From contig DATCPY010000065.1 of the NCBI GenBank assembly GCA_036569845.1, positions 1 through 53,652 on the forward strand: 53,652 nt of DNA, written 5' to 3'. The notes beneath the pieces are model-generated. The model did not search any database, was not told the DNA's origin, and saw nothing but the letters and a program-made list of their open reading frames with translations. This document shows, piece by piece, positions 24,523 through 34,516 of this stretch (within the stretch, counting starts at the first letter, position 1; each line of letters opens with the position of its first letter). The translations under genes were made by a program, and so were the position numbers. The stretch comes from Candidatus Limnocylindria bacterium. GTDB lineage: Bacteria; Chloroflexota; Limnocylindria; P2-11E.

Positions 24523-25307
24523 TCGGCCGCCTCGGCGGCTCGCTCACGGATGCGTCCCGGTGCCAGGCCCGGTTCGCCATTACGGCAGTGGATGAAGATC
24601 TCCCGGTTGCCCTCGCGGCCCGGAAGGCGCGAGGGCACGATCGCGACCGTGCCGACGCCGACCGCTGTGAATGCCTCACAGACCGCCACCGTCGCCGCGG
24701 CGCGGTCCTTCGCGTCCCGCACGATGCCGCCACGTCCCACGGCGTCACGGCCGGCCTCGAACTGCGGCTTCACGAGCGCGACCACATCGCCGCCTTCGCG
24801 CAGATGCCGGAACGATGGCAGCAGCGCGATGCGGAGCGAGATGAACGACAGGTCGGCGACGACGATGTCCACGCGGTCGGGTAGCTCGAACCCCAGGCGG
24901 GCGTTCACCCCTTCGCGCGCGACGACCCGCCCGTCGGTCCTGAGCTTCCAGTCCAGCTGGTTCTTGCCCACGTCGATGGCGTACACGCGGAGAGCGCCGC
25001 GCTGCAGGAGACAATCGGTGAACCCGCCAGTGGATGAGCCCACGTCCAACGCGACCATCCCCGCGACGTCGATGCCGAGCTCTGCCAGGGCTGCGTCGAG
25101 CTTCTCGCCGCCACGCGAGACGAACCGGGGGCCCTCGGCCACCGTGATCGCGGCCGCGTCGGAGACCGGCGCGGCCGCCCGGTCGGCGACCTCGCCGTCG
25201 ACGCGCACGGCACCGGCCAAGATCAGCGCCTGTGCGCGCTCGCGGCTCGGTGCGAGCGAACGTTGGACGAGCAGCTGATCGAGCCGTGTGCGCCCGGCGC
25301 GGACCAT
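24519..25307 (-). CDS. tlyA: TlyA family rRNA 2-prime-O-methyltransferase (S4 domain plus FtsJ-like methyltransferase domain)
   Basis: From ATG 25307: RTRLDQLLVQRSLAPSRERAQALILAGAVRV...FVSRGGEKL...LDVGSSTGGFTDCLLQRGA...YAIDVG. Confidence 0.88.
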   Translation of the reverse strand: MVRAGRTRLDQLLVQRSLAPSRERAQALILAGAVRVDGEVADRAAAPVSDAAAITVAEGPRFVSRGGEKLDAALAELGIDVAGMVALDVGSSTGGFTDCLLQRGALRVYAIDVGKNQLDWKLRTDGRVVAREGVNARLGFELPDRVDIVVADLSFISLRIALLPSFRHLREGGDVVALVKPQFEAGRDAVGRGGIVRDAKDRAAATVAVCEAFTAVGVGTVAIVPSRLPGREGNREIFIHCRNGEPGLAPGRIRERAAEAAE

Positions 25308-25340
25308 CACCGGCGAAAGCCTATCCCTAGACTCCGCGCG

Positions 25341-26219
25341 ATGCCGAAGCGTTTGCCACGTTCGCGCACGCTGAAGGGTGATCCGAAGCTCGCGTACTAC
25401 GACTCGGGCGGTGGCGCGCCCGGCGAGCCGCCGATCGTCCTGCTCCATGGCTCCACGTTCCGCGCCGAAGATTGGGAGAACATCTTCCCGCGTCTCGCGA
25501 CCCGCTATCGCGTCATCGCCTACGACGCGCGCGGCCACGGTAAGAGCGGGCGCGCGACGAGCTACGCCATCGACGCGCTCGCGGACGACCTGCTGCGCGT
25601 GATCGACCAGGTCGCCGGTGGGCCGGCCATCGTCATCGGCCATTCGCTCGGCGGGGCGACCGCCCTCGTCGCGGCAGCGACCCGCCCGGACCGGATCCGC
25701 GCGCTCGTGCTCGAAGAGCCGGTGGTCGACAACTGGGATCGTGACTGGCGGGCGCAGTACTACACCGACGTGCGCGCGGCGCTCGACAAGGCGGGCGAGC
25801 CGTCCGCGTTCAAGCGCGCGGTCGCGTCACTTCCTTTGCCGGCGCGCGGTCCGCGCGGCGAGCGGACCGTCGGTGAGGTCCGCGGCTTCTACGCCGCGGA
25901 TCGCCTCGCGACGTACTACAAGGATGTCGACCCGGCGTTCGTCGAGCAGTTCGGCCACAGCAAGCCCGACGGGCACGAGCGGGTCGTGCGCGCGGTGCCC
26001 CCGATGCCGACGCTCCTGCTCGCGACCGGCGCAGCGGACGGCAGCGCGCTCAAAGATGGAGAGGCCGACGCGATAGCGAAACGGTGGCCCGACGTCCAGG
26101 TCGTGCGTTTCCCTGGCGTTGGCCACCGTATCCACGGACTCCGTCCGGAACCCTTCCTCGAAGCGCTCGAGCCATTCCTGCGAAAGGCCCGAGCCCAACC
26201 CATCGCTAGCGGACGGTGA
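25341..26219 (+). CDS. Alpha/beta-fold hydrolase
   Basis: Contains IVLLHGS, YDARGHGKSG and the nucleophile elbow GHSLGG. The C-terminal GHRIH holds the catalytic His. The internal ATG 25341 was chosen to avoid overlap with the divergent tlyA. Confidence 0.8.
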   Translation: MPKRLPRSRTLKGDPKLAYYDSGGGAPGEPPIVLLHGSTFRAEDWENIFPRLATRYRVIAYDARGHGKSGRATSYAIDALADDLLRVIDQVAGGPAIVIGHSLGGATALVAAATRPDRIRALVLEEPVVDNWDRDWRAQYYTDVRAALDKAGEPSAFKRAVASLPLPARGPRGERTVGEVRGFYAADRLATYYKDVDPAFVEQFGHSKPDGHERVVRAVPPMPTLLLATGAADGSALKDGEADAIAKRWPDVQVVRFPGVGHRIHGLRPEPFLEALEPFLRKARAQPIASGR

Positions 26220-27090
26220 TGATCCAGTAGACCCCGGAGTCCTCGAGCCAGGTCGCGCCATCGATCACGCCGCGCACATCGAGCCGGTACGTCCCGGGGG
26301 TCGATGGCGCATGGACCTGGAACTGGAACCAGCCGACCTGGCTGGGACCGACATAGCTGGTCGAGGTGGTCGCGAGACGATTGCCGAGGCCGAGCTCCGG
26401 CCGCGTCACGTCGAGCGGTGAGCTCGTGCCGAGGCTCGCCTGCTGCCCCGGGCTTCCGATGTACCAGCCGCGGTACCCGTTGTTGCGGAGCGCGACCACG
26501 AGCGTCGCCGTCTGGCCCGGTGCGAGCGTCGGGTTCGGGCTCTGGCCCGCCCACGCGGAGTGGAAGCCCTGATCGAAGTTCGAGATGGTGGAGGTGCTGG
26601 CCCGGTCGGCGATGCCGCCGAAGTCCGCGTCCCAGTACCAGCCGTACTGCGAGCCACCGGAGTACGACCGGCCGATGCCGATCGCGCGGTACGCCGGATT
26701 CGTGAGCACCGCGAGGTGCGCCGGGCTGTTGATCCAGCCCTGGAGGACCTGATCGGCCGAGCTGTATCCGGCCGCGAGGTCTTCCCCGGCCCAGGTCGAG
26801 AACGCCGGGTAGCCGGCGTCGGCCATGCGCTGCGTGGGCGAGCGTCCGTCGAGCGAGGTGTGCTGGAAGTAGTTGTTCACCGACATGTCGGTGGCCATCC
26901 ACTTCGCAGCCATGGTGAGCGAATCGGAGACCACGAGGGTCGACAGGCCGCGTGCGGCGCGGAAGCTGTTCACCTGCGAGAGGAGGTCGCCCTCTCCACT
27001 GTCGAGCGTCGCGGCGCGAGCGACGAAGCCGCCCCCGGCGAGCTCGGCGAAGGCGATGAACAGGAGCGCTGCGAGAGCGACCTTCTTCAA
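26206..27090 (-). CDS. Secreted CAP/SCP (YkwD-like) domain protein with a C-terminal Ig-like (NBR1-like) domain
   Basis: TTG 27090 is preceded by GGGAAGGGA. The signal peptide is KKVALAALLFIAFAELAG. The CAP region is VNSFRAARGL...HTSLDGRS...GWINSPAHLAVL. The C-terminus is PGQTATLVVALRNNG...GTYRLDVRG. An alternative GTG start lies at 27135. Confidence 0.7.
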   Translation of the reverse strand: MKKVALAALLFIAFAELAGGGFVARAATLDSGEGDLLSQVNSFRAARGLSTLVVSDSLTMAAKWMATDMSVNNYFQHTSLDGRSPTQRMADAGYPAFSTWAGEDLAAGYSSADQVLQGWINSPAHLAVLTNPAYRAIGIGRSYSGGSQYGWYWDADFGGIADRASTSTISNFDQGFHSAWAGQSPNPTLAPGQTATLVVALRNNGYRGWYIGSPGQQASLGTSSPLDVTRPELGLGNRLATTSTSYVGPSQVGWFQFQVHAPSTPGTYRLDVRGVIDGATWLEDSGVYWIITVR

Positions 27091-27232
27091 GACTGTTCCC
27101 TTCCCTGTGGACCGAGCGACCGTGCGGGTGCGCACGTTGCTCTTCTGGGAAGGTAAACCGCCAGGGTTGCCTTGGCGTTACCCCATCGTTACGCGATAGG
27201 TACTTCCATACCTGGTCGAGACCTTGGGCTTG

Positions 27233-27460
27233 CTAGGCCGGTGGGCGCTTCGCCTGTTGCGCGAGCGCGTCTGCGAGCTTGGTGATGCGCTGATCGGCCG
27301 CATCGAGCCGTTGGGTGCACTCCGCATAGAGCCGCAGGCCCTCTTCGTACAGCTTCACCGCCTCATCGAGATCGAGCTGGGGGTCCTCCAGCTTGTCGGC
27401 GATCGCCTCCAACCGCTCGAGTGCGGCCTCGATCGGTCGCTCGGTCTCACGATCGGCCAT
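27233..27460 (-). CDS. xseB: Exodeoxyribonuclease VII small subunit
   Basis: 75 aa from ATG 27460: IEAALERLEAIADKLEDPQLDLDEAVKLYEEGLRLYAECTQRL. Confidence 0.88.
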   Translation of the reverse strand: MADRETERPIEAALERLEAIADKLEDPQLDLDEAVKLYEEGLRLYAECTQRLDAADQRITKLADALAQQAKRPPA

Positions 27461-28673
27461 CGCCCACCTCCACCGATTCCACGCGCACCCCCGCCCGGCC
27501 GTCGCGCATCCGCAGCCGGGCCTGCTCGCCTGCACGAAGTGCGGCCGCTTCGGACCGCACGCGTCCATCCGGCCCTTCGACGATCGCGTAGCCCCGCCCC
27601 AACACCGCGAGCGGCGAGAGCGCTTCGAGCCTGCGGCGCGCGCTCACCGTCCGCTGCCGGCGGAGCGGCACCGCGCGGGCGATGGCCCGATCGATCGTCC
27701 GCCGGCTGTCGTCCAGCCGCAGGCGCAGCTCCGCGATGCGCGCGGCCGGTGCGCGCCGCTCGAGGAGCCGCATCGCGCTCAGGCTTCGGCGACGGCGGTC
27801 GCCCGCGATGTCCCTGACCCGCGCGTCGATCCGGCGGCGCAGCCTTGCGATCGTCGCGACGTCGGCGCTCGCATCCGGCACGACGAGCTCGGCTGCGACC
27901 GACGGGGTCGGGGCACGGACATCAGCCACGAGATCGACGAGCGTCACATCCGACTCGTGCCCGACGCCGCTGCAGACCGGCCGAGCGGTCCGCGACACGG
28001 CGCGGATCAGCGCTTCATCGTTGAACGGCGAGAGGTCCTCGGTGGCTCCTCCGCCGCGCGCGATGATGATGGCGTCGAGGTCGCGCAGCTGGGCGAGGCC
28101 GTCGAGGGCCGCGATCATCGACTCCACGGCGCCAACGCCCTGCACCTGGGCCGGGGCGAAGATCAGCTCCACGCTCGGGTCGCGCCGCAGGCAGACGGTC
28201 TGGACGTCGTGCCACGCGGCGCCGGTCGGGCTCGTGATCACCCCGACGCGACGCGGGCGGGCCGGCAGGGGCCGCTTCCGCTCCAGCTTGAATAGCCCCT
28301 CCGCCTCGAGCCGCTTGCGCAATGCCTCGAGCCGCAGGAACGCTTCGCCCGCGCCGGCGGGCCGGACATCGTCGCACCGCAGGTTGTACGAGCCGCCTCT
28401 CAAGTACACGTCGACGTACCCGTGCGCGATGACCCGGAGGCCCGCCCGCGGCGTGAGCGGCACGTTCGCGGCCTGCGTGGCGAAGAGGACGCAGCGGATC
28501 TGGCCGGCGTTGTCCTTGAGCGTGAAGTGGACGTGCCCGGCCGACGACACGGTCGCCTCGGCGACCTCGCCTTCGACCCAAAGGTCCTTGAGGTCGTCGG
28601 CCGCGAGCAGTCGCTCGGCGATGCGGACGCTGAGCTGGCCGACGCGAATGATGTCGTTCGGCGCGCCGGTCAC
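27447..28673 (-). CDS. xseA: Exodeoxyribonuclease VII large subunit
   Basis: 408 aa. The OB-fold N-terminus is LWVEGEVAE..VSSAGHVHFTLKD. It is followed by VGVITSPTGAA and IIARGGG motifs. GTGA overlap with efp. Confidence 0.9.
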   Translation of the reverse strand: MTGAPNDIIRVGQLSVRIAERLLAADDLKDLWVEGEVAEATVSSAGHVHFTLKDNAGQIRCVLFATQAANVPLTPRAGLRVIAHGYVDVYLRGGSYNLRCDDVRPAGAGEAFLRLEALRKRLEAEGLFKLERKRPLPARPRRVGVITSPTGAAWHDVQTVCLRRDPSVELIFAPAQVQGVGAVESMIAALDGLAQLRDLDAIIIARGGGATEDLSPFNDEALIRAVSRTARPVCSGVGHESDVTLVDLVADVRAPTPSVAAELVVPDASADVATIARLRRRIDARVRDIAGDRRRRSLSAMRLLERRAPAARIAELRLRLDDSRRTIDRAIARAVPLRRQRTVSARRRLEALSPLAVLGRGYAIVEGPDGRVRSEAAALRAGEQARLRMRDGRAGVRVESVEVGDGRS

Positions 28674-29230
28674 GACGCCCGTTCGATGTACTCCCCGGTC
28701 CGCGTGTCGACCTTGATCTTGTCGCCCTGATTCACGAACAGCGGGACGTTGACCTTGAGGCCCGACTCGAGCGTGGCCGGCTTGTTCGCGCCCGTCGCGG
28801 TGTCACCCTTGAGGCCGAACTCGACGCTCGTGACGGTCAGTACCACCGACGGTGGAAGGTCGACCCCGATCGGGTCACCCTCGTATTCGTTCAACGTCAC
28901 GACCATGCCGTCGGTGAGGTAGTTCACGCCGTCACCGAGCTGATCCGCGTCGAGGGCGACCTGGTCATAGGTCTTGGTGTCCATGAAGTGATACAGGTCG
29001 CCGTCGTGATACATGTACTGCACGTCGCGATGGTCGAGTCGCGCCCGCGCGAAGCGGTCGCCGGCCTGGAACGTCTTCTCGATGAGGTCGCCACGCCGCA
29101 CGTTCCGCAGCTTCATGCGGACCTGCGCGCTGCCCCGTCCCATCTTGATGTGCTGGAACTCGACGATCTGGTAGAGGGTGCCGTCGAGCTCGATCGTCAT
29201 GCCGCGCTTTATCTCGCCAGTTGAGACCAT
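28670..29230 (-). CDS. efp: Elongation factor P
   Basis: From ATG 29230: MVSTGEIKRGMTIELDGTLYQIVEFQHIKMGRGSAQVRMKLRN... is colinear with EF-P. Confidence 0.95.
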   Translation of the reverse strand: MVSTGEIKRGMTIELDGTLYQIVEFQHIKMGRGSAQVRMKLRNVRRGDLIEKTFQAGDRFARARLDHRDVQYMYHDGDLYHFMDTKTYDQVALDADQLGDGVNYLTDGMVVTLNEYEGDPIGVDLPPSVVLTVTSVEFGLKGDTATGANKPATLESGLKVNVPLFVNQGDKIKVDTRTGEYIERAS

Positions 29231-29259
29231 TCTTTCCGCTACCGCGGGATATTTACTCC

Positions 29260-29706
29260 TTAGCTGCGCTGCTTGCGCGCTGTCGAAGCGTTCTGAAGAA
29301 GCCAGTTGACGGCTTCTTCGTATCCCGCGACTCCCTTTCCTATCACTTGATGCGCTGTGACGTCCGCCAGATACGTATGGTGCCTGAACGGCTCCCGCTT
29401 GCCGATGTCGGAGATGTGGACCTCGACGACGGGGAACGCGCACCCGGCGACGGCGTCCCGGAGCACGATCGAGGTGTGGGCCAGCCCGCCTGGGTTGATC
29501 ACGCAGCCGTCCGCGTCGGCATGCCGTTGCAGGAAGTCGATGAGCGCGCCCTCGTGGTTGGACTGCATGTCTACGACCTGATGACCGGGTCCGGCGACCT
29601 CGTGGAAGCGCGCGATGACCTGTTCGAGCGTCGTCGTTCCATAGATCGCGGGCTCGCGGGTCCCAAGGGTGTTCAGATTCGGTCCGTTGACGAGCAGGAG
29701 CTTCAT
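29260..29706 (-). CDS. aroQ: Type II 3-dehydroquinate dehydratase
   Basis: Contains MKLLLVNGPNLNTLGTREPAIYG, QSNHEGALID, INPGGLAHTS and HISDI. Confidence 0.95.
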   Translation of the reverse strand: MKLLLVNGPNLNTLGTREPAIYGTTTLEQVIARFHEVAGPGHQVVDMQSNHEGALIDFLQRHADADGCVINPGGLAHTSIVLRDAVAGCAFPVVEVHISDIGKREPFRHHTYLADVTAHQVIGKGVAGYEEAVNWLLQNASTARKQRS

Positions 29707-31286
29707 CGTCCCTCCACGATCGTGGCCGCCTGGCGCAGCGAGCGCGCGGCGACGTCGGTGACCTCACTGAACCGGCCGATCGTCCGCGGCAGGATCCAGC
29801 GCACCGAGCCGTGCCGGGCCTTCTTGTCGGTCGCGAGCAGCGACCACGTCCGCGCCGGCAGCTTCGCTCGCACGGGCAGCCCGGCACCTTTGAGCAGCGC
29901 CTCGAGCCGCGATCGGAGCGAGGTGGGCGCGAGATCGAGCACGTCGGCCAGCGCTGCGGCGAACACCATGCCGATGCTCACCGCCTCCCCGTGGGTCACG
30001 CGATAACCGCTCGCCGCTTCGTACGCGTGTCCGAGCGTATGCCCGAAGTTCAGCAGCTCGCGCAGTCCGGTTTCGCGCTCGTCGGCGCTGACGATGCCGG
30101 CCTTGACGCTCGCCGCGAGAGCGATCGACCCGAGCGTCGGGCCGAGATCGCCCGCGACCACCGCCGCCGCGGAGCGCTCGAGCTGCGCTACCGAGTCGCG
30201 GTCGGACAGGAACGCGCACTTCGCGATCTCCGCGAATCCCGAGGCACGCTCGCGACGCGGCAGCGAGGAAAGCACGCTCGGGTCGGCGAGCACCGCGTCC
30301 GGCTGATGGAACGCGCCGACGAGGTTCTTTCCCCCCGCGGTGTCGATGCCCGTCTTCCCGCCGATGGACGAATCGACCATCGCGAGCAGCGTCGTCGGGA
30401 TCTGCGCCACGCGGACGCCGCGCAGGTATGTCGCGGCGGCGAACCCGGCGAGGTCGCCGACCGTCCCACCGCCAAGCGCGATGACACCGTCGTCGCGCCC
30501 GATGCGCGCCGCGCCGAGCGCCTCCCAGAGCTTCGCCAGGGCCGCGGCGGTCTTCGCCTTCTCGCCGCGCGGTACGCGGATCACGGTCGCGTCCAGTCCG
30601 GCGGCCGCGCAGGAGCGGCGGACCATCGGCGCGTATCGCGCGGCGGTGAACGGATCGGCGACGATGGCGACCTGGCCCTGCCATCCGATGTCGCGCAGGT
30701 GCGTCCCGGCGTGCTCGAGGAGACCCGCCCGGATGAGCACCGGGTACGGCCGAGACGCGTGCACGTCGATCCGAATGCCGCGCGCGGACACCAGCCACGC
30801 GGCGATCGCGAGCGCGACCTCGTGTGGCAGGGCGCCATCCACCGTGAACGAGGCATCGACGTCCGCATAGACGCCGCGCCGCTCCTTCAGGACACGCGCC
30901 GCGTGCTGGCGCGGTCCGACGTCGAGGTGCGCGCGCTTCCCGATCGTCGCCTTGATACCGCGGGCCACCGTGGCGACCGAGCCGGTGAGGCCGATGCGCA
31001 GGCCGAGCTCGGACATGCGCCGGCGGTTCGGCTCGAGCAGCACGGCGCCGCCGCCGGTCGAGACCACGATCGTCGCCGGCGTGGGCTGGAGCGCCGCGAG
31101 GGCCTCGGACTCGAGCGCGCGGAATCGGGGCATCCCGTCCTCGGTGATCACCTTCGTGCACGGTTTGCCTGCGGAACGCTCGATCTCGTCGTCGAGATCG
31201 ACCGACCGGCCGCCGAGCGCCTCGGCGAGCAGCGGCGCCACCGTCGACTTGCCGATGCCCGGCGGCCCGATCAGGAAGAGGTGCAT
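29703..31286 (-). CDS. aroB: Bifunctional shikimate kinase / 3-dehydroquinate synthase
   Basis: The N-terminal P-loop LIGPPGIGKSTV is AroK-like. The C-terminal approximately 360 aa carry GGGTVGDLAGF, the metal-site motif NFGHTLGHA and HGEAVSIG (AroB). Confidence 0.9.
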   Translation of the reverse strand: MHLFLIGPPGIGKSTVAPLLAEALGGRSVDLDDEIERSAGKPCTKVITEDGMPRFRALESEALAALQPTPATIVVSTGGGAVLLEPNRRRMSELGLRIGLTGSVATVARGIKATIGKRAHLDVGPRQHAARVLKERRGVYADVDASFTVDGALPHEVALAIAAWLVSARGIRIDVHASRPYPVLIRAGLLEHAGTHLRDIGWQGQVAIVADPFTAARYAPMVRRSCAAAGLDATVIRVPRGEKAKTAAALAKLWEALGAARIGRDDGVIALGGGTVGDLAGFAAATYLRGVRVAQIPTTLLAMVDSSIGGKTGIDTAGGKNLVGAFHQPDAVLADPSVLSSLPRRERASGFAEIAKCAFLSDRDSVAQLERSAAAVVAGDLGPTLGSIALAASVKAGIVSADERETGLRELLNFGHTLGHAYEAASGYRVTHGEAVSIGMVFAAALADVLDLAPTSLRSRLEALLKGAGLPVRAKLPARTWSLLATDKKARHGSVRWILPRTIGRFSEVTDVAARSLRQAATIVEGR

Positions 31287-32431
31287 CAGCGGTCGGCGAT
31301 CGGCTTCAAGCGCTCGCGATAGCGCGCGACGGCGGACGTGATGTCAGCGATCGTGTCCTCACCGAACTTCGCGCACAGCGCGTCGGCGAGGACGAGCGCG
31401 AGCATCGCTTCCGCGACGACGCCCGCGGCGGGGATGATGCAGACGTCGCTGCGCTCGACGTGCGCCGGGGCGGCCTCGCCGCTGCGGAGGTCGACGGACG
31501 CGAGGGGCTTCATCAAGGTCGAGATCGGCTTGAAGGCGACGCGGACCACGACGTCCTCGCCGTTGGTCACTCCGCCTTCGAGACCGCCGGCCCGGTTGCG
31601 GGGACGGCCGAAGCCGTCGCCCCGCCGCTCGATCGGGTCGTGCACCGCGCTGCCGCGCTCCCCGGCCGCATCGAACGCGTCCGCGAACTCGACGCCCTTC
31701 GCCGACGGGATCGACGCGAGGCTCTGGGCGATCCGGCCATCCAGGCGACGATCCCACTGCCCGTAGCTCCCGAGACCCGCGATGACCTTCGACGCGCGGA
31801 CCGCCGTCACTCCGCCGAGCGTGTCGCCCGCGTCGCGCGCGGCCGCGATCGCGCTGACCATCCGGGCCGACGCGGCCGGATCGGCGCAGCGCACCTCGCT
31901 GCGCTCGATGGCGTCGCGGTCGAAGCCGGCCGTCGCGGTGACCTCGCCGATGCGGATCGTCTCGCTCAAGACGTCGATCCCGACGGCGCCGAGCAGCGCG
32001 CGGGCAACACCGCCTGCCGCCACGCGGGCCGCGGTCTCTCGCGCGCTCGCGCGCTCGATGACGTCACGGACGTCCTCGTGCCCGTACTTCAGCGCGCCGG
32101 CGAGATCAGCATGTCCGGGACGCAGACGCGTGACCGCGTCGGGCGCCTCGGCCACCGGCGTCACGCTCATCACGCGCTCCCAATTGACCGCGTCGCGGTT
32201 CTCGATCCAGAGGGCCACCGGTGCACCGGTGGTCTTGCCCTGGCGGACGCCGCCGGTGATGCGGGCTCGATCGTGCTCGATGCGCTGGCGCGCGCCGCGG
32301 CCGTAGCCCTGCTGCCGTCGCCGCAGGTCGGCGTCGATCGCCGCGCCGTCGAGGGCGAGACCCGCTGGGACCCCGTCGACGATGATCGTGAGGCCGGGGC
32401 CGTGCGACTCCCCCGCGGTGAGAAAGCGCAC
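31286..32431 (-). CDS. aroC: Chorismate synthase
   Basis: MRFLTAGESHGPGL, RPGHAD and SARETAARVA are chorismate synthase signatures. GTG start. Confidence 0.95.
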   Translation of the reverse strand: MRFLTAGESHGPGLTIIVDGVPAGLALDGAAIDADLRRRQQGYGRGARQRIEHDRARITGGVRQGKTTGAPVALWIENRDAVNWERVMSVTPVAEAPDAVTRLRPGHADLAGALKYGHEDVRDVIERASARETAARVAAGGVARALLGAVGIDVLSETIRIGEVTATAGFDRDAIERSEVRCADPAASARMVSAIAAARDAGDTLGGVTAVRASKVIAGLGSYGQWDRRLDGRIAQSLASIPSAKGVEFADAFDAAGERGSAVHDPIERRGDGFGRPRNRAGGLEGGVTNGEDVVVRVAFKPISTLMKPLASVDLRSGEAAPAHVERSDVCIIPAAGVVAEAMLALVLADALCAKFGEDTIADITSAVARYRERLKPIADR

Positions 32432-32435
32432 GTCC

Positions 32436-33251
32436 CTAGCTCACGCTCGCGAAGAGGGCCGAGCGCATGACGTCGATCGGCGCGTCCTGTCCGGTCCAGA
32501 TCCGGAATGACGATGCGGCCTGCTGCAGGAGCATCGGCAGTCCGTCGACGACGTGGGCGCCTGCCGCGCGCGCCCGCTTCACGAGCGGCGTCGGCGCGGC
32601 GGTCGGGATGAGGTCGACGACCGCCAGACCGGAACGCAGCGGCGCACCGTCGAGGGGGTCCTCGCCACGCAACCCGAGCGAGGTGGCATTCACGAGCACA
32701 TCCACGTTCAGAAGATCCGCGCGATCCGCCCACGCGACCGCCCGCAGCTCGAGCTCGACGGGGTGCGCGACCGATCTGGCCAGGGCCTGCGCCCGACCGA
32801 GGGTCCGGTTCGTAATGGACACGTGCGCGCCGCGCCGGAAGAGCACCGCGAGCACGGCGCGGGCCGCGCCGCCCGCGCCGAGGACCAGGACCCGCGCGCC
32901 ATCGAGTGCCAGGTCGCGCGTCGCGAATTCGAAGCCCACGGCGTCGGTGTTGGAGGCGAGGAGCCGCTTCCCGTCCGGCGTACGCGACAGCGTGTTCGCG
33001 GCGCCGATCTCGGCCGTCGGCCCGTCCCAGGTGTCGACGAGCCGCATCACGGTCTCCTTGTGGGGCACGGTCACGTTCGCGCCGAGGAGCTCGCCGCTGC
33101 GGATCCGCTGCACGGCCGCGGCGAGCCCATCCGCGGTCACGTCGAGCGTCTCGTACGAATGCGGCAGCCCGAGGGCTCGGAACGCGGCGTTGTGCATCAC
33201 CGGCGAGAGCGAGTGCTCGACCGGATGGCCGAGCAGGACCACAACGCTCAC
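32436..33251 (-). CDS. aroE: Shikimate dehydrogenase
   Basis: Contains GHPVEHSLSPVMHNAAF, NVTVPHK, NTD and GAGGAARAV. Confidence 0.92.
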   Translation of the reverse strand: MSVVVLLGHPVEHSLSPVMHNAAFRALGLPHSYETLDVTADGLAAAVQRIRSGELLGANVTVPHKETVMRLVDTWDGPTAEIGAANTLSRTPDGKRLLASNTDAVGFEFATRDLALDGARVLVLGAGGAARAVLAVLFRRGAHVSITNRTLGRAQALARSVAHPVELELRAVAWADRADLLNVDVLVNATSLGLRGEDPLDGAPLRSGLAVVDLIPTAAPTPLVKRARAAGAHVVDGLPMLLQQAASSFRIWTGQDAPIDVMRSALFASVS

Positions 33252-33260
33252 TTGCTCTAT

Positions 33261-33279
33261 CTCCGGCCTGCGGCCGGAG
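33261..33279 (-). promoter_or_regulatory. Perfect 8-bp hairpin whose 3-prime arm contains the aroE Shine-Dalgarno (GGAG)
   Basis: The mRNA sense is CUCCGGCC-GCA-GGCCGGAG, followed by 9 nt and then the GUG start of aroE at 33251. Confidence 0.35.
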
Positions 33280-33336
33280 ACCGCTCAGGGCTGGTGGAGC
33301 TCACTCCTCGCGGCAAAGCCGCTCGTCGCTCGCTGT

Positions 33337-34512
33337 TCACTTGTTGCCGTACTTGACCCGGTTCGCCTCTTGTTCCTCGAGCGTGTTGGCGAACGCGTGA
33401 TCGCCGGTGCCGTCGCCCTTGGCGACGAAGTACAGGAAGTCGGTCTTCTGTGGCTGGGCCGCGGCCTGCAGGGCGGCGAGGCCCGGATTGCAGATGGGGG
33501 TCGGCGGCAGTCCGGCGTTGAGGTACGTGTTGTACGGCGAGTCGAGCTTGAGGTCGTCGAGGGACAGCTCGCCCCAGTTGTCCTTCGCGTACTGGATCGT
33601 CGGATCGGCGTCGAGCTTCATCGAGATATCGAGGCGGTGCTGGTACAGCCCGGCGATGAGCGGACTCTCCTTGCGATCGCGAGCTTCCCGCTCGACGATC
33701 GACGCGAGCTTCACGACGTCGTAGATCTCGACCTTGCGCTCCACGGCGGCGGTCCGGAGGGCGGGCCCCGCCTTCGCCTCGAACGTGTCGAGGAGGACGC
33801 CGATGATCTGGTCCGCGGTCGCGTCCGGCCGGAGGAAGTACGTGTCCGGGAACAGGAAGCCCTCGAGCGATGTCTTCGGGTCGAGCCCGCTCAGGACGAA
33901 ATTGTTCTTTGGGCCCACGACCGCGGCGGCCATGAAATCCTTCGCGCTGATCGAGGGGAATGCCTTGTTCACCGCCGCGGCCACCTCCGTGAGCCGCCAG
34001 CCTTCGATGATCCGCAGCGCCGTCTGGTCTCCCGGAGCCCTCTGGAAGAGGGTCGCCAGATCCCGGGGGCTCAGCGCCGCCGATACCTTGTACGTCCCCG
34101 TCTGGAGGGCGTTCTCCGTTCCGGTCTCGTACAGGACGTACTTGAAAGCGAGCGCGGACTTGATGAGGCCGGCCTTGAGGAGGTCGGCCGCGATCTGCGA
34201 GGCGATCGCGCCGCGCCGGACGGTGAAGTCGACGGTCTTGCCGTTCGGGTCCGCGGGCGCATCCACGAGGGGCGCCACCGACGGCGCGATGATCGCGCGC
34301 ACCGCCGATTGCTTGAGCAGCGTGTCGTGATCATCGGCCGCCTGGACGATCGCGTCGGTCGCGAGCGGGCGGGCAAGGAAGAACAGGCCGACCGCCACGA
34401 GGACGACGACGAGGGCGAAGATGAGCGGACCGCCGCTCGAGCGCTTGCGCGGCGGCCTCGCGCGGCCCCGAGCCGGCGCGCGGATGGGCCCGCGATAGAT
34501 CGGCGCGGTCAA
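33337..34512 (-). CDS. mltG: Endolytic murein transglycosylase MltG (YceG-like)
   Basis: N-terminal TM anchor. Contains ASIVEREA and SPYNTYLNAGLPPTPICNPG motifs. Confidence 0.9.
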   Translation of the reverse strand: MTAPIYRGPIRAPARGRARPPRKRSSGGPLIFALVVVLVAVGLFFLARPLATDAIVQAADDHDTLLKQSAVRAIIAPSVAPLVDAPADPNGKTVDFTVRRGAIASQIAADLLKAGLIKSALAFKYVLYETGTENALQTGTYKVSAALSPRDLATLFQRAPGDQTALRIIEGWRLTEVAAAVNKAFPSISAKDFMAAAVVGPKNNFVLSGLDPKTSLEGFLFPDTYFLRPDATADQIIGVLLDTFEAKAGPALRTAAVERKVEIYDVVKLASIVEREARDRKESPLIAGLYQHRLDISMKLDADPTIQYAKDNWGELSLDDLKLDSPYNTYLNAGLPPTPICNPGLAALQAAAQPQKTDFLYFVAKGDGTGDHAFANTLEEQEANRVKYGNK

Positions 34513-34516
34513 TTCA

